Source: Octopus sinensis
Lineage: Eukaryota
NCBI RefSeq assembly: GCF_006345805.1
Contig: NW_021833019.1
Coordinates: forward strand, 1 to 64,000
Length of the DNA stretch: 64,000 bases
Direction of reading: 5' to 3'
In this document: in pieces, positions 63,217 through 64,000 of the stretch
Layout of the letters: the number at the start of each line of letters is the position of its first letter
Numbering within the stretch: position 1 is the first letter of the stretch
Made by a program: the position numbers and the translations under genes
The notes under the pieces: generated by a model
Told to the model about the DNA's origin: nothing
Database searches by the model: none
What the model saw: the letters and a program-made list of their open reading frames with translations, nothing else

Positions 63217-64000
63217 ATTACTGCCCTCTTTCAAGTTTCCTGTTGTGATGTTGGTTCATCTGGCACCTTGGACAGCAAGGGGGTCAAGTTTTTTCATGAA
63301 AACATCTACCCCACCACCTCATGTACATTTCACAGATCTTTTGCAAGATATTTAAATTACAAGTTATTGCAGTTCCTGTTCCTCACTCTAGATGGGTTGG
63401 GTGGCACTTGTGGAACAGTGACATCCAGTTGGGGGCTGGTATAACTCTTCATGCCAAAGAATAGTTATACCAGAAGTTCCCATAACTATATCACTACACA
63501 CCTTTTCCATCTTCACTCCATAGAACATGTATACTCTTCTGGTCCTTCACTAGCCATCTTGATCCTTTATACATGAACGATGCGCATATAAATCCCCAAA
63601 TCATGCAGTGTGTTTGACTCAGGGACTGCAGTTTCTTTTCGTCCAAAGAATATTTGTTATGGCTAACTGGCTGATAGCAGAGGGCTTGAAATTAATCAGT
63701 AAATGCTATTGCGACTGCAATAGAATTTACTGATTAATTTAGTGGGGTTTATGTCCCTACTGGTAACCTACCGACGCGCATTGAAACTTTATCAAAATTC
63801 GTTGGCATACACATTTTTTTAAAATCAAAAACCACTGTCCCTATTTACCCCGTCTTTTGGGGTGAATAGGGACAGTTATCCACAACACACTATTGGACCT
63901 ATTCAACTAGCTGTAGGGTCAATACGGACAAATAAAAAAACTATGGGTAAAGAAAGTGATACGAAGTGAATAGAATATTGACTACATGTATTACAAGTAA
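63217..64000 (-). repeat. Right arm of the long inverted duplication (partner 52585-53457)
   Basis: Reverse-complement match up to the last base of the window. Confidence 0.92.

Overview
This is AT-rich, repeat-dense animal DNA, most likely from a coleoid cephalopod (Octopus). That call is an inference from the RTE 3' ends with (GAT)n tails, the SINE types and the long (TA)n tracts. There is no prokaryotic content. Most of the window is transposon debris: a degraded Tigger/pogo, a near-complete IR/DR Tc1 (1983-3601), several RTE LINEs with an internal PHD-like finger, a nearly full-length CR1-group LINE, R2/R4-type and L1/Tx1 remnants, a full-length CsRn1-type Ty3/Gypsy element (44623-50467), a second pogo, a hAT-like remnant, SINEs and fold-back MITEs. 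Three things the ORF track misses stand out. (1) The 3' part of a + strand host gene built from repeated, symmetric phase-1 mini-exons (60 nt and 42 nt) encoding tyrosine signalling motifs (YAE[AV]-x4-YLE[LM] and Y[VI]N[VA]). (2) An intronless, decayed USP/peptidase-C19 deubiquitinase gene inserted into an intron of that array. (3) Type I hammerhead ribozymes of the Penelope-like kind, including two near-perfect copies in a 159-bp-arm palindrome at 53580-53942. The exon array and USP lie in a ~13-15 kb direct tandem duplication (15464-30583 / 30656-43340), and an inverted duplication (52585-53457 / 63217-64000) runs off the window end. All alignments, identities and folds were done by eye, and degraded-repeat boundaries are approximate.
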